From NCBI GenBank assembly GCA_010909165.1, contig VJWM01000193.1:186001-250000 (forward strand): 64,000 nt of DNA. Direction: 5' to 3'. The notes under the pieces were generated by a model that was given only the letters and a program-made list of their open reading frames with translations, made no database searches and was not told the DNA's origin. This document shows, one piece after another, positions 11,531-23,011 of the stretch (position 1 is its first letter; every line of letters starts with the position of its first letter). The stretch is from Anthoceros angustus (Eukaryota > Plantae > Anthocerotophyta). The translations under genes and the position numbers were made by a program.

Positions 11531-11899
11531 CATTCACAGCATCCCAACCATGTAGCTTCCACCAACCTTGGGTGATCGTGGTGTCGCTGGCACCACAATA
11601 TCATTGCTTGGGATAGCCTCCCTATTGTCATTCGGTTCCCCCCTGCGCTGCATCCCTCTTGCATGGTTCGTCAAGACCACCCCTCCCCGTCTCCACTTCC
11701 CCGCCCCTTATTCATCATCGCCTTTTCCCCAATTCAAAGTCACCTTGTGCCTCACCCCCTCTTGCCTACTACCTTCCACTCCCTCTACCTCCTTATTACC
11801 CTCTCCACATTCACGTCACCACCCCGTGCACTGCAGTTGTCTCCCACCCCTTCCATTCATCGTCTCGGAAATGCCACCAGATCAGGATCCATCTCCAAT

Positions 11900-13480
11900 T
11901 CTATGTCGTTCAGCAAAATGGTCATTTCTCTTGTTCTCCTTGCAATAGCCTCAACCTCTGGGGTCTTGTCATACAATCTCTATCTTACTCACAGAGAACT
12001 CTAGCATAGAACCCCCATCACGAACCGCCCATGAGGGTGCATGGAGATCATTCTCTCAACCTCCCATACCGCCTCTTCTTCGCTTGGGTACCCATAGTGA
12101 TTCTCAAACCTAACCACCCAACTAGCACGCCCTCCCTTTTCCCACGGGTTTGGACCCATTCCCCCGTTTTTCGCTAGCTTCTCTTTAGCAACAATTTCAT
12201 ACTTTGATGGCTCAAACTTCTCGTTCCTCTTCAGCTCCATCTGAGCCCATGCAAGGGCATCTTTCCACTATTCCTCATCGAGCATGCTCGGCTTCTTCCT
12301 AGGTCCTCCTCTCCCTTGTTCCCTCTCTCTAGCAGCGCTATGTGGAATGTGGTTTTTGTGTCCAAAGACACAAGGAGGCCACATTTACCCTCTATGTTGT
12401 TATAGTCCTAGGATTCGATCCCAAGGGAACGATTTTGTGTCAAGATGTTCCAAGGCTATGGTTCTATCTCTACTTCGGTTTGGTCCTACCTAATCATAAC
12501 CCACTACCACGTCCGAAACCACCACCCCTCTTGCATGGTCTGGCCAAGACCACCCCTCCCGCCTCGACCACCCAAGGATCTTCCCCGCATTCTCAAATAC
12601 CCACCCATGCAAACGGCTCTTGCCTCACCCCTCTTGCATGGTCTGGCCAAGACCACCCCTCCCGCCTCGCCTGGCTCACTTACTGCTTCCCTCGGCGTGA
12701 CTCTACGGGTTACGTGATCGCATACGATTCGCACCTATTCCTAGTTCACCTTGAGCATTCACCCCCTTCTTCCCCGCATTCTCAAATACCCACCCATGCA
12801 AACGGCTCTTGCCTCACCCTCTCACAGCCACACAGACCTCTCCACCTATGTCGCTCAAAGAAATGGTCATTTCTCTTGTTCTCCTTGCAATAGCCTCAAC
12901 CTCTGGGGTCTTGTCATACAATCTCTATCTTACCCGCTGTAGGAACTCTAGCATAGAACCCCCCCATCACGAACCGCCCACAGAGGGTGCATGGAGATCA
13001 TTCTCTTCAACCTCCCATACTCTGCCTCTTCTTCAGTTGGGTACCTCCCATAGTGATTCTCAAACCTAACCACCCAACTAGCACGCCCTCCCTTTTCCCA
13101 CGGGTTTGGACCCATTCCCCCGTTTTTCGCTAGCTTCTCTTTAGCAACAATTTCATACTTTGATGGCTCAAACTTCTCGCTCCTCTTCACCCATCCGAGC
13201 CCATGCAAGGCATCTTTCCACTATTCCTCATCGAGCATGCTCGGCTTCTTCCTAGGTCCTCCTCTCCCTTGTTCCCTCTCTCTAGCAGCGCTATGTGGAA
13301 TGTGGTTTTTGTGTCCAAAGACACAAGGAGGCCACATTTACCCTCTATGTTGTTATAGTCCTAGGATTCGATCCCAAGGGAACGATTTTGTGTCAAGATG
13401 TTCCAAGGCTATGGTTCTATCTCTACTTGGTTTGGTCCTACCTAATCATAACCCACTACCACGTCCGAAACCACCACCCC
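11900..13480. repeat. ~630-bp direct duplication (11900-12530 and 12848-13480) containing an orphan minus-strand ORF
   Basis: Near-identical blocks, both encoding EKFEPSKYEIVAKEKLAKNGGMGPNPWEKGGRASWVVRFENHYG. Confidence 0.85.
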
Positions 13481-14316
13481 TCCCGCCTCCCGCTTGAAGG
13501 AACCACCGGTAGACGCCTGTGGCCCATGGGTGTTCCTCTCTCTCCGCCTGTGGACATGGCCCTTAGCCGCCTCGCCTGCCTACTTGGCTACTGCTTCCCC
13601 TCGGCGTGACTCTACGGGTTACAGTATCGCACACAGATTCGCACCTATTCCTAGTTCACCTTCGGGAGCATTCACCCCCCTTCTTCCCAGATTCTCAAAT
13701 ACCCACCCATGCAAACGGCTCTTGCCTCACCCTCTCACAGGCCACACAGACCTCTCCACCCTGGGCCACATAGACCCCTCTACCCCGCGTAGAATGAAAC
13801 ACAATCTGGATAACCAGCAATTTGGGAGGAAGAGGAAGGGAACAGCTGGTTAGTACCCGGGCGATTCGCTCAATCGCGATCCCTCCCCAGCCTTCTGTGG
13901 AAATTCCCCTCCTTCCGGCATGCACAAGGCGCCCTTACCGCTATTCGCCTGGACGTGGAGCTTGGCCACTCCGCTCTCGACCACCCAAGGATCTTCCCGG
14001 CCTTCTTGTGGCGAGAAGGCGGTGTCCCGAATCAGTCTACTGCTCATCGGACGTCTCCAATCAATCGCGCGCGTGGATTCGTCACACGCAAGCTCACACC
14101 TGACATTGTCTATCCAGAGAGACACAAAAGGGTCTCTTATACATCTAGCTGCAGATCACCCCAGCTCTCTCTCCTCTCTAGTGTCTAAAAAAATATGGGT
14201 AACCGCCACAGGCGCACCTACCAATTTAGGTGACTACAGCTCCACAGGTCCTTAAAACACCCTATCCCCTAATCCAAGAAAAAGTCCCCGACCTATGATG
14301 CCGCTTTCCTCTAAAA

Positions 14317-15330
14317 TCAGCGCGGCCGCCTCCGCGGTTGCTGCCTAGCCCTGTGGCCCATGGGTGTTCCCCTGGCTCTCCTGCCACGCCTCTGATCCGA
14401 ACGATTCTCCCCCAAGACCTCCACCTCACTTTCCGTCATGTTCCTTCGCCTCCCATGTGGCGTGCTGCCCCTATGCTCGTTATCCCGCCTCCCGGGATGG
14501 CCCACACCGTGCGCTCCTCCCTCCACGCCCGGCCTCCGCCCGCCATCTCCTCAGCACCACTTGCGGGCGAGGCCCCGCCTCCCGCTTGAAGGAACCACTG
14601 GTAGACGCCCGTGGCAGTTAAGATGTGCGTGGTTTCGCCCCTCCGTCCCAACAACCACATACATATTTAGAGTGAGCACCCGCTCACCATGCATGCGTGG
14701 CTGACATGAGCATCCTCATCCGTGACGCAAAGACAATACGCCTTCATATAAAGGTCCTTACCTCTCCGCCTGTGGACAATCTGGACGTTTCCCCGAATGT
14801 GGGAGTTGTATCCCACCGCAGCCTCCCGCTTGGGGCTTCCCCACCTCAATTCCCCTTCCATGATGGTGGTGGTTTAGCCACCGTGGAAGTTTCCTACGGT
14901 TGCAGCCCCATCATGGCATTGCTCGCCTTCTTCGGTTTGCCCGCCTCTCTCTTGACTCTAGCCCTAGCCTCATCTCTCTCCCGCTTATATCTCTCCGCCA
15001 GTTTCTTGAATTTCTCCAGAGGCGCCATCATCTCCACCGCTTGACTCAAACCTCATTCGAGCTCCTCAATCGTAGCGTGCGCTCCTTTTACTTGATTCAC
15101 TAGGGCCTCCTGTTGGGTGGACATGGCCCTTAGCTGCTCCTGTGCCTTGCACAATGCCTCATCGCACTCCCGTCTGCGATCCTCTGCCACCTTGTTCTCG
15201 CCCTCCAAGCCCTCCAACTTTCCCTTGAGCAACTTCTCTTGTTGCCCCTGCACACTCAGCCAAGTGAGAGCCATGGCCGCCTGGTCGAGAAGGTCTGATA
15301 GCAAGCTAACGATTGTGTGTGCAGATCCCC
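14317..15330 (-). pseudogene. Decayed coiled-coil, TE-accessory-like coding region
   Basis: LLKGKLEGLEGENKVAEDRRRECDEALCKAQEQLRAMSTQQEALVNQ..*..KFKKLAERYKRERE with in-frame stops; no family recognised. Confidence 0.4.
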
Positions 15331-15583
15331 GCCTCTTATCTTTTTTTGTTCGTATATCCTTTTTGCACATAAATAAATTTATTATAATTGTTGAACATCG
15401 GATTAGGAACACAACAGTCATAGGATCAGAAGTTGTATGGATTGTATCCATATAATTTGAATCTCGTCCCATTTGTATGGACGAGTTAAATTCCATAATG
15501 ATCATGGTTTAATTATAAATTTTTATTAGATTTCGAATTTTATCAATTGATTTCTAATTACAGTTATATTTGTAACTATTACA

Positions 15584-15789
15584 GGACTGAAGAGGAGCTG
15601 CCTCCCTTAGGCCTTTTCACATCCCTCACCACGAAGTTCTTCGGGTGATTGGTAGTTTTGAAATAGGTGATCGTGGGGGCTAGTCCCCCCGGCATGGTGC
15701 CCTTCGTTGGGGTTTTCCCCCTTGTTTTTGAGGTGGATGGGTTTTTCCCATCTCTTTTGTATAATAAAGTCTTCTTTTTCCCCTTTTTG
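15584..15789 (+). mobile_element. 5'-truncated 3' end of a CRE-like non-LTR retrotransposon with 13-bp TSD
   Basis: Highly similar to 49607-49775; flanked by the direct repeat TGTAACTATTACA at 15571-15583 and 15790-15802. Confidence 0.85.
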
Positions 15790-16284
15790 TGTAACTATTA
15801 CAAAGGACAAGCTTTGCAAGCATTCATTTGAAGCCCGACTCTTAGTGTCGGCGAAGAGGTATCAACGTGTGCAGCTGTTAGACAATTTGCACTATGTAGT
15901 TTGTGCTACATGAGGAAGTTCTCATCTCGTTATTCTTATGTCCTACCACTAGGAAGTGCTGAGTAGATTGGCTCCTCCGTGTGTGCTTGGGACAAAAGGC
16001 AAAGGCGGCCACTGGTGGTAGTTAACATGCCGTGTGTGAGAGGCCTTCAACTTCGTGGATGTGGAGGCCTCTTTGGCCAGACCTCTTTCGGTTACATCTT
16101 TCTGGTTTTTCTGGGTTCAGCCCGTTTGAATTGGCAGGGACTTGGTACAAGCTGGCGCAGAACAAGCTCTTCGGATGGGTTTGACTTGCTTGTGGGAAGA
16201 AAAGAGAGACCAAAATTCCATTATGTAAGTGGCGCTTGTAATTTCTCCTCACAGGATAGACTTGCCCGTGCTGAATGATGCAGA

Positions 16285-16620
16285 TTTCACACCGTTCCTC
16301 TAGGGAGGCCGTGTTCGAGGTCGACGACATTGCAGTTGGTGCTCCTCGAGGCTCGATCCGAGCCACCGTGCCCATCGAGACGCTCCCGCCCCTGTTCCAG
16401 ATGCATGAGATGCTGTTCCAGTAGAGGGAGCATTCCGGCGGCCTCGCCGTCGCCGACCGCTGGGCATTGGACATTACCTTCTCCTTCAACCATCCCGACC
16501 CTACCATTTCCGATCGGTTCCAGGAGCGCATGAACGAGATCTTTCGAACGAGACTTCATGCTGCTCAACAAGACATGCCGCCATCGCGGCGTCCGGGTCT
16601 TCACTGGAGCTGCCTGCTGC
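16285..16620 (+). pseudogene. Malate synthase gene fragment (pseudogene)
   Basis: [48 protein letters not shown]..SDR resembles the malate synthase core ([43 protein letters not shown]); in-frame TAG present. Confidence 0.75.
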
Positions 16621-16806
16621 CCGACCGCACTGTACACCGGCCAGGTTTAACACTGCCTCATCAAAACGCCCTCCATCCTGCCCTAGGAGACTGAGCTAGC
16701 GAAGGGGTGACCCTACTCAGACTCCTCGGATCGAACAGACATGAAGCTTGCTGCTTTTCCAAGCAAGCACATTCACCCCGAAGCAGTGGCTACCTCTTCA
16801 TGATTC

Positions 16807-19800
16807 TTAGGGTCGACCCTTACAGCTGCAACAACCAGCTGCGAATCGATGCACACGGAAACCATCCCTCACAACAATGTGTCTCTGTTCAAGCATTGAC
16901 ATGATCTCCGTGGAACTGTGGCAGTCACTGCACATTCGTAGATTCTTCGTTACCACCAGAGGTGTCCCACTGGGCGTGTTCAAGAGACCAAACGCCAGAG
17001 CTAGCTTCTCCGCATGCCCACAAAGCGCATCTTCCTTTTCCTTCTCACACACTGGCTTCAAAACCAACTTTGTGTGAGGTACGTGGCCTCCTTCCTGCTT
17101 CAGACGTGAATTCGTGCTCTCTACCTTGAGCGCAATATCCTCTCTCCTTTCTCCCACCAGGAATGTGTGTACCTGCTTTTTCACCTCAACGGTCGCCACT
17201 GCAGGTTTCTTGTTAGCTCCTGCTACCATTCTCTGTGTTTCAATCCTGTCTACATCGGTCCACCTACCTGCATCTGCGTAGGCATTGGCCATGAGCACAT
17301 GAGCAGACGCGTTTTTGGGGTCCAGCTTAACAATGCTTTCAAAACACCAGATAGCCCTCTCTATATCACCGTGACTTTTGCAGGCATTCAACAACGACGT
17401 CAAGCCCACAACATTACTTTCGAATTGACCCTCACATGATAATAGCATCTTCTCTGCCTCATCTAAATGGCCAGCACGCCCAAGAAGATCAATCATGCAG
17501 GTGTAATGTTCAATAGTAGGTTTGATGCCATGCTCTGCAGCCATGGAATCAAAGTGTTTAAGACCCTCGTGGACCAGTCCCTCATGGCTGCATGCTACTA
17601 GAAGGCAAGTAAAAGTAGCACCATTAGGCTGAACACCAGCAACTAACATCTCCTCGAAACAAGCTAGTGCCTTGTGACCTTCATCACAAGTACCATACCC
17701 AGATATCAGGGCATTCCATGTCACCACATCCTTTGTGTTCATGCTGTCAAAAACCTGGCGTGCATCTTCCAGTTCACCACATTTTGCATACATGTCCACC
17801 AGGCAGTTGCCCACCACCATCATCCAGCAGTCCTCTTTCAACAATCTGTGAGTGCAGCTGCCTGCCCTTCTGTAAGGCACCAGTGCTTGCACAGGCCTTC
17901 AGAAGGCAAGCAAAAGTAACATGGTCAGCCAAAATGAGGCCCGCCTCCTCCAGTTGTCCATACACAACAAGCGCCTCTTGGCCAAGTCCTTGCTGTGCAT
18001 ACCCAGCAATCAGGGCGGTCCATGTCACCACATTCTTGGTGGTCAAGCTCTCAAAAACCTGGCGTGCATCTTCCAGTTCACCACATTTTGCATACATGTC
18101 CACAAGGCAGGTGCCCACCACTATGTCGTCCAGCAGTCGTCTTCCCACAATCTGTGAGTGCAGCTGCCTGCCCTTCTGTAAGGCACCAGTGCTTGCACAG
18201 GCCTTCAGAAGGCAAGCAAAAGTAACATGGTCAGCCAAAATGAGGCCCGCCTCCTCCATTTGTTCATACACAACAATCGCCTGTTGGCCGAGTCCTTGCT
18301 GTGCATACCCAGCTATCAAGGCAGTCCATGTCACCACATCCTTGGTGTTCATGCTGTCAAAAACCTGGTGTGCGTCTTCCAGTTCACCACATTTTGCATA
18401 CATGTCCACCAGGCAGTTGCCCACCACTACGTTATCCAGCAGTCCTCTTCCACAATCTGAGTGCAGCTGCCTGCCCTTCTGTAAGGCACCAGTGCTTGCA
18501 CAGGCCTTCAGAAGGCAAGCAAAAGTAACATGGTCAGCCAAAATGAGGCCCTCCTCCATTTGTCCATACACAACAAGCGCCTCTTGGCCGAGTCCTTGCT
18601 GTGCATACCCAGCAATCAGGGCAGTCCATGTCACCACATCCTTGGTGTTCATGCTGTCAAAAACCTGGTGTGCGTCTTCCAGTTCACCACATTTTGCATA
18701 CATGTCCACCAGGCAGTTACCCACCACTACGTTATCTAGCAGGCCTCTTCCAACAATCTGTGAGTGCAGCTGCCTGCCCTCCTGTAAGTCACCAGAGCTT
18801 GCACAGGCCTTCAAAAGGCAAGAAAAAGTAACATGGTTAGCCAAAATCAGCCCCTCCTGCTCCATTTGTCCATACACAACAAGTGCCTCATGTCCAAGTC
18901 CATGCTGGGAATACCCAGCAATCAGCACCGTCCATGTCACCACATCCCTTGTGGTCATGCTGTCAAAAACCTGGCGTGCATCTTTCAGTTCGCCACATTT
19001 TGCATACATGTCCACCAGGCAGTTACCAACAAACAGGTTACTAGGAATGCCACTCTGCACCACATCACAGTGCACTTTTCTGCCAGATTCCAAGTCGGCA
19101 GCTATGGCACAAGCTTGAAGGGCAGCTACAAAGACGTGAGCATCCGCCTTCACTCCTGACCTACGCATCTCATGGTAGAGTTGTACGGCCTTATTAGGTT
19201 TCCCATTCTTGGCGTATGCGGAGATTATGGAAGACCACATAAAGGCATCCGGTTTGCCCACCCTGCTGAGCACATCCATGGCCTCTTCTAGCCTACCTCC
19301 ACATGCATACATGCGCAAGATATGGTTCCCCAAGTATGTATTCGACTCATACCCAAGTTGGACACTGAGGTTATGGACTCGTCGCCCCACAACCAAATCC
19401 TTCTTGGCTGTACACAGTTTAAGCACAATGCACAACAGCTCGTGAGAAACAGCAGAGTCTGTCTGCGCCAGAGATTCCAGGGCTCCAACGGCCGCAGAAA
19501 GCTTCCCCTGCTGACATAACAAGCTCACGGTTTCAGCCGTTACAACGCCCATTTTCGATCGTGCACGCCTCCCAGGTTCAGGATTACCTGAAGAACAGGC
19601 ACCATGGCTCATGTGCAAATCCAAGGAAATGAGCTGCTCATCAACCCAAGCTGGCTTAAACATGTTGTTTAACCACAGCACCTCGCCGGACCCCTTACGC
19701 CGGAAGTCAGGCGAACGGGAGCGCATCTTGTCTCGTCTGTTGTCCCACCACATGGTAGGGTCCAAAAAAAATTGCTGCCACAAGTGCTCCTGCTCCTGGC

Positions 19801-20005
19801 AACGACCATCGCTGGAAAATCCGTCCCCGCCAACACCCTTTTTCGGAGGTGGACGTGCTGGGCTCCTCACACTGCTGAACCGGGAGGCTTTGTTTGCCAT
19901 GGGTTGACTCCCTAAGATGTGGTGACCGGGAGGTCCTGGTAGAATCCCTGTAACCACACCAATTTGTTGGGTCCACAACGGGTCCGGTAGCCATACTGTG
20001 GCCAT
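16807..20005 (-). CDS. PLS-class PPR protein with E domains and DYW:KP (GRP-ending) deaminase domain; one frameshift near 17820
   Basis: Intronless; repeated VVGNCLVDMYAKCG/DVVTWTALIAGY triplets, E1/E2, then KKPAVATVEV, HAEKLA, CSDCH and terminal CSCKGRP. ORFs 17774-20005 and 16807-17892 join through an apparent 2-nt loss in a GTG run. Confidence 0.93.
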
Positions 20006-20799
20006 GGTTCAGGGACCGCTGTGGGAAGATGAGTCTAACAACAGGCTATGGCAGAATGCTCATACTGTGTATGACCACACAATACGGGCGTATAGGTGGT
20101 TAGGCGATGCATTTATGGATAAGACCAGGCCGCTCACAAACGCGTCCCCTCAACGAGCACTAACCCACAGCCTTCACAGCAGCCAGGCCAGGGTTGGTGG
20201 ACTAACCTGGACGGTGAATGGCAGTGCCCAAAAAGCTGCTGACAGCGGGCAGTTAAGCTGTGCTCAGAACCTGGCACAATGCTGCACAATATCAAGGCTG
20301 GCCTGCACCTGGAGAAAGTAGCATTGGCTGGACCTGCACCTGCACAGGTGAATTGTGGCATTGGCACCTGCAACCTTCTTCACCGCAATGTCATTGTTGC
20401 CTTCGTCTCCCTCCCCAATGCCGGAGTGCCCATCAGGCTACCTACATAATAGAGATAAGAGCGGTAGACTATCTTTAACCCCAGACGGACGAGCCTATTT
20501 TGATGGTCCGGCCTCGGCCATATTAGGCTCGGTCTGATCTTGATCTATCACAAGCGTTGTGTTCCTTTCTATATGAAAAAATGCAAGCATACCAAGCTCT
20601 GACCTGCGCATCCAATGAACCCACTCCCACCGCGATCGGATCTCTGTGCGTGAGGAACCTCGGAGAGTTTCTCGAGCTCTTGGTGCTTTCAGCCCAATTT
20701 GCCGTGGTCGCCAAAGCAACAGTGGCATAAGCATACCGTCACATGCGCGTTGGCAAGCTTTCTCAGACATTTCCTAACCAGAAGAGAGGCGAGAACGTT

Positions 20800-20910
20800 G
20801 AGCCACAATTGCGTTATGAACGCTGAGAAGTTGTTCACAATTGTGTTAAACCGCTAAGAAGAAGTTCACAATTGTGTTATGAACGCTGAGAAGATGTTCA
20901 CAGTTGTGCT
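20800..20910. repeat. Short tandem repeat (about three imperfect ~35-bp units)
   Basis: Recurring TTCACAATTGTGTTATGAACGCTGAGAAG-like unit. Confidence 0.7.
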
Positions 20911-21064
20911 GAGAGACACTAACATCTGCAATAATATTCTTGTCGAATTGGTAAATGACCAAAAGAACCTTTGAAAGGCTCAATTTGGGGTGAACCGGTC
21001 TCCTTGTTTTTGAAGTACTTTGGAATCATCGGGTTTTCACCTCATTTATGCTAACTACCTTTGT

Positions 21065-21270
21065 CCATGCTAGGCCATCCATTCTTAGGGATCAAAAATA
21101 ACATTGTTGCTATTGTTCTTGTGCTACACATAGTGCTAGCAATCCATTCTTAGGGATCAAAAATAATATTGTTGTTGTTGTTCTTGTGCTACATTTAGTG
21201 CTAGCAATCCATTCTTAGGGATAAAAAATAACGTTGTTGCTTTTGTTCTTGTGCTCTAGATAGTGCTAGT
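21065..21270. repeat. Tandem repeat of ~63 bp, about three copies
   Basis: Recurring GCTAG..ATCCATTCTTAGGGATCAAAAATAA..TTGTTG..TTGTTCTTGTGCT. Confidence 0.75.
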
Positions 21271-22401
21271 ACATCCAAGATGAGAGATCCAAGGTGCGGC
21301 ATGATGGGTGTAGGATTCGAATCTGATCCTTCACTGCACGTGGTTTGGAACATAGTACAAATCAAGCTATTTCTAAGAGAAATAAAACAGAATACATTTG
21401 ACACTTGGAATGAGCATTTGGAGCGGAAAATGAGATCAGAACACAAAGATATTCCTTCTCATGTCTCAAACGTGATGTTCCAGGAGGTCAGCAGGTTAGC
21501 GGGAATAGTGCCACCACCACCACCATACCAAGAAGGTGCAGAGATAGACAATGATGATGGATTTCCACGACAACGCTATCATCGCAACAAATATGCAACA
21601 AATATCGCTGCTAAGTGGGGTAAGGCAATCAAACCCTTGTAGTTATCCATAACTCTTCCGCATACCCACCTACGTTGCATCCAACCATGGTGCAACTTAT
21701 TGAATGAGGTCTCAGATGCAAGACTTATAGCTGGCGAGGGACATGGCATGTACACCAGCCACCCAAAGGACAAATTGTTTGCCACACCTTGGATTTGCGG
21801 CTAGGAACAAAAGAAGAAACCTCAGGACGGTAGTGGACTCGTTTTAGGAGGGAAGATGGTCGGAGTGGACATGGATTGCTGCCAATTTGCTGCATGAGGT
21901 GCTTTACGACTAACGGTAGGCCCCCTTCAGTGCCACTGAACGTTCAGCTTTGGTTAAAGTCTGCAACACCATTATGAACGTTGTAAAAAAATAACAACCT
22001 CTATGTCCATGCATATTTTATATGTCCGGTATCGATGCAAGTTCTATACGTTGTTGAGCAGTGCCACAAGGACACACACTATTGCCTTGCTGCTAAACAT
22101 GGACCCCAATGGCCAACGTTTTGTGGCCATATAGTTGCGGTTGCCATCGTTCGATAGTAACAACGGCCGTTGGACTATATCTATTCATCTTCTGAAACGA
22201 TTAATTTGCAGTATCTCCTTGAAGAAGATTTTTTTGATAGAAGAAGTACAATCCCGTGAAGTACAATTGTGTCTATGAAATACCAAAAACAAGGTGACCA
22301 ATCAAGCTAAGATTGAGTGTAAGTCCTAGAAGTGGAAGTGGGTCAACAATAAAGAATACAAGCCTTAGAAGTACAAAGGGAGAATACAAAACATGCTCAT
22401 G

Positions 22402-23011
22402 TAGAGCCACTAGAATGCCTATCCTATCCCACGAATACTTTAAGAGCCACCACAATGCTTACACTATCCCACGAATACTTTAAGAGCCACCAGAATGCCT
22501 ACACTATCCCACAAATACTTCAAGAGCCACAAGAATGCTTACACTATCCCACGAATACTTTAAGAGCCACTAGAATGCCTACACTATCCCTCGAATACTT
22601 TAATACTGGACCTCAAACCTATTGTACAATTTAAGAGCCACCACAATGCTTACACTATCCCACGAATACTTTAAGAGCCACCAGAATGCCTACACTATCC
22701 CACAAATACTTTAAGAGCCACAAGAATGCTTACACTATCCCACGAATACTTTAAGAGCCACTAGAATGCCTACACTATCTCTCGAATACTTTAATACTGG
22801 ACCTCAAACCTATTGTACAATTTAAGAGCCACCACAATGCTTACACTATCCCACGAATACTTTAAGAGCCACCAGAATGCCTACACTATCCCACAAATAC
22901 TTTAAGAGCCACAAGAATGCTTACACTATCCCACGAATACTTTAAGAGCCACTAGAATGCCTACACTATCTCTCGAATACTTTAATACTGGACCTCAAAC
23001 CTATTGTACAA
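22402..23011. repeat. Higher-order tandem repeat: 40-bp monomers in a 191-bp unit, three copies
   Basis: Monomer TAAGAGCCAC.AGAATGC.TACACTATCCCACGAATACTT. Four variants in fixed order plus a 31-bp linker; units start at 22441, 22632 and 22823. Confidence 0.95.

Noticed and set aside
14160-14183. TAGTG as the terminus of the 0-11 kb CACTA element
   Set aside because: The adjacent sequence is a simple CT run, lacks subterminal repeats and does not match the CACTACTAG-type ends seen elsewhere.
17667-19118. 483-aa plus-strand ORF
   Set aside because: Antisense shadow of the repetitive PPR coding strand.
21280-21642. 120-aa ORF
   Set aside because: No recognisable motif or splice context, and it is embedded among tandem repeats; cannot be supported as a gene.
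22402-23011. CRISPR-like array
   Set aside because: No unique spacers; the monomers abut and the linker is identical each time. The context is eukaryotic and has no cas genes.
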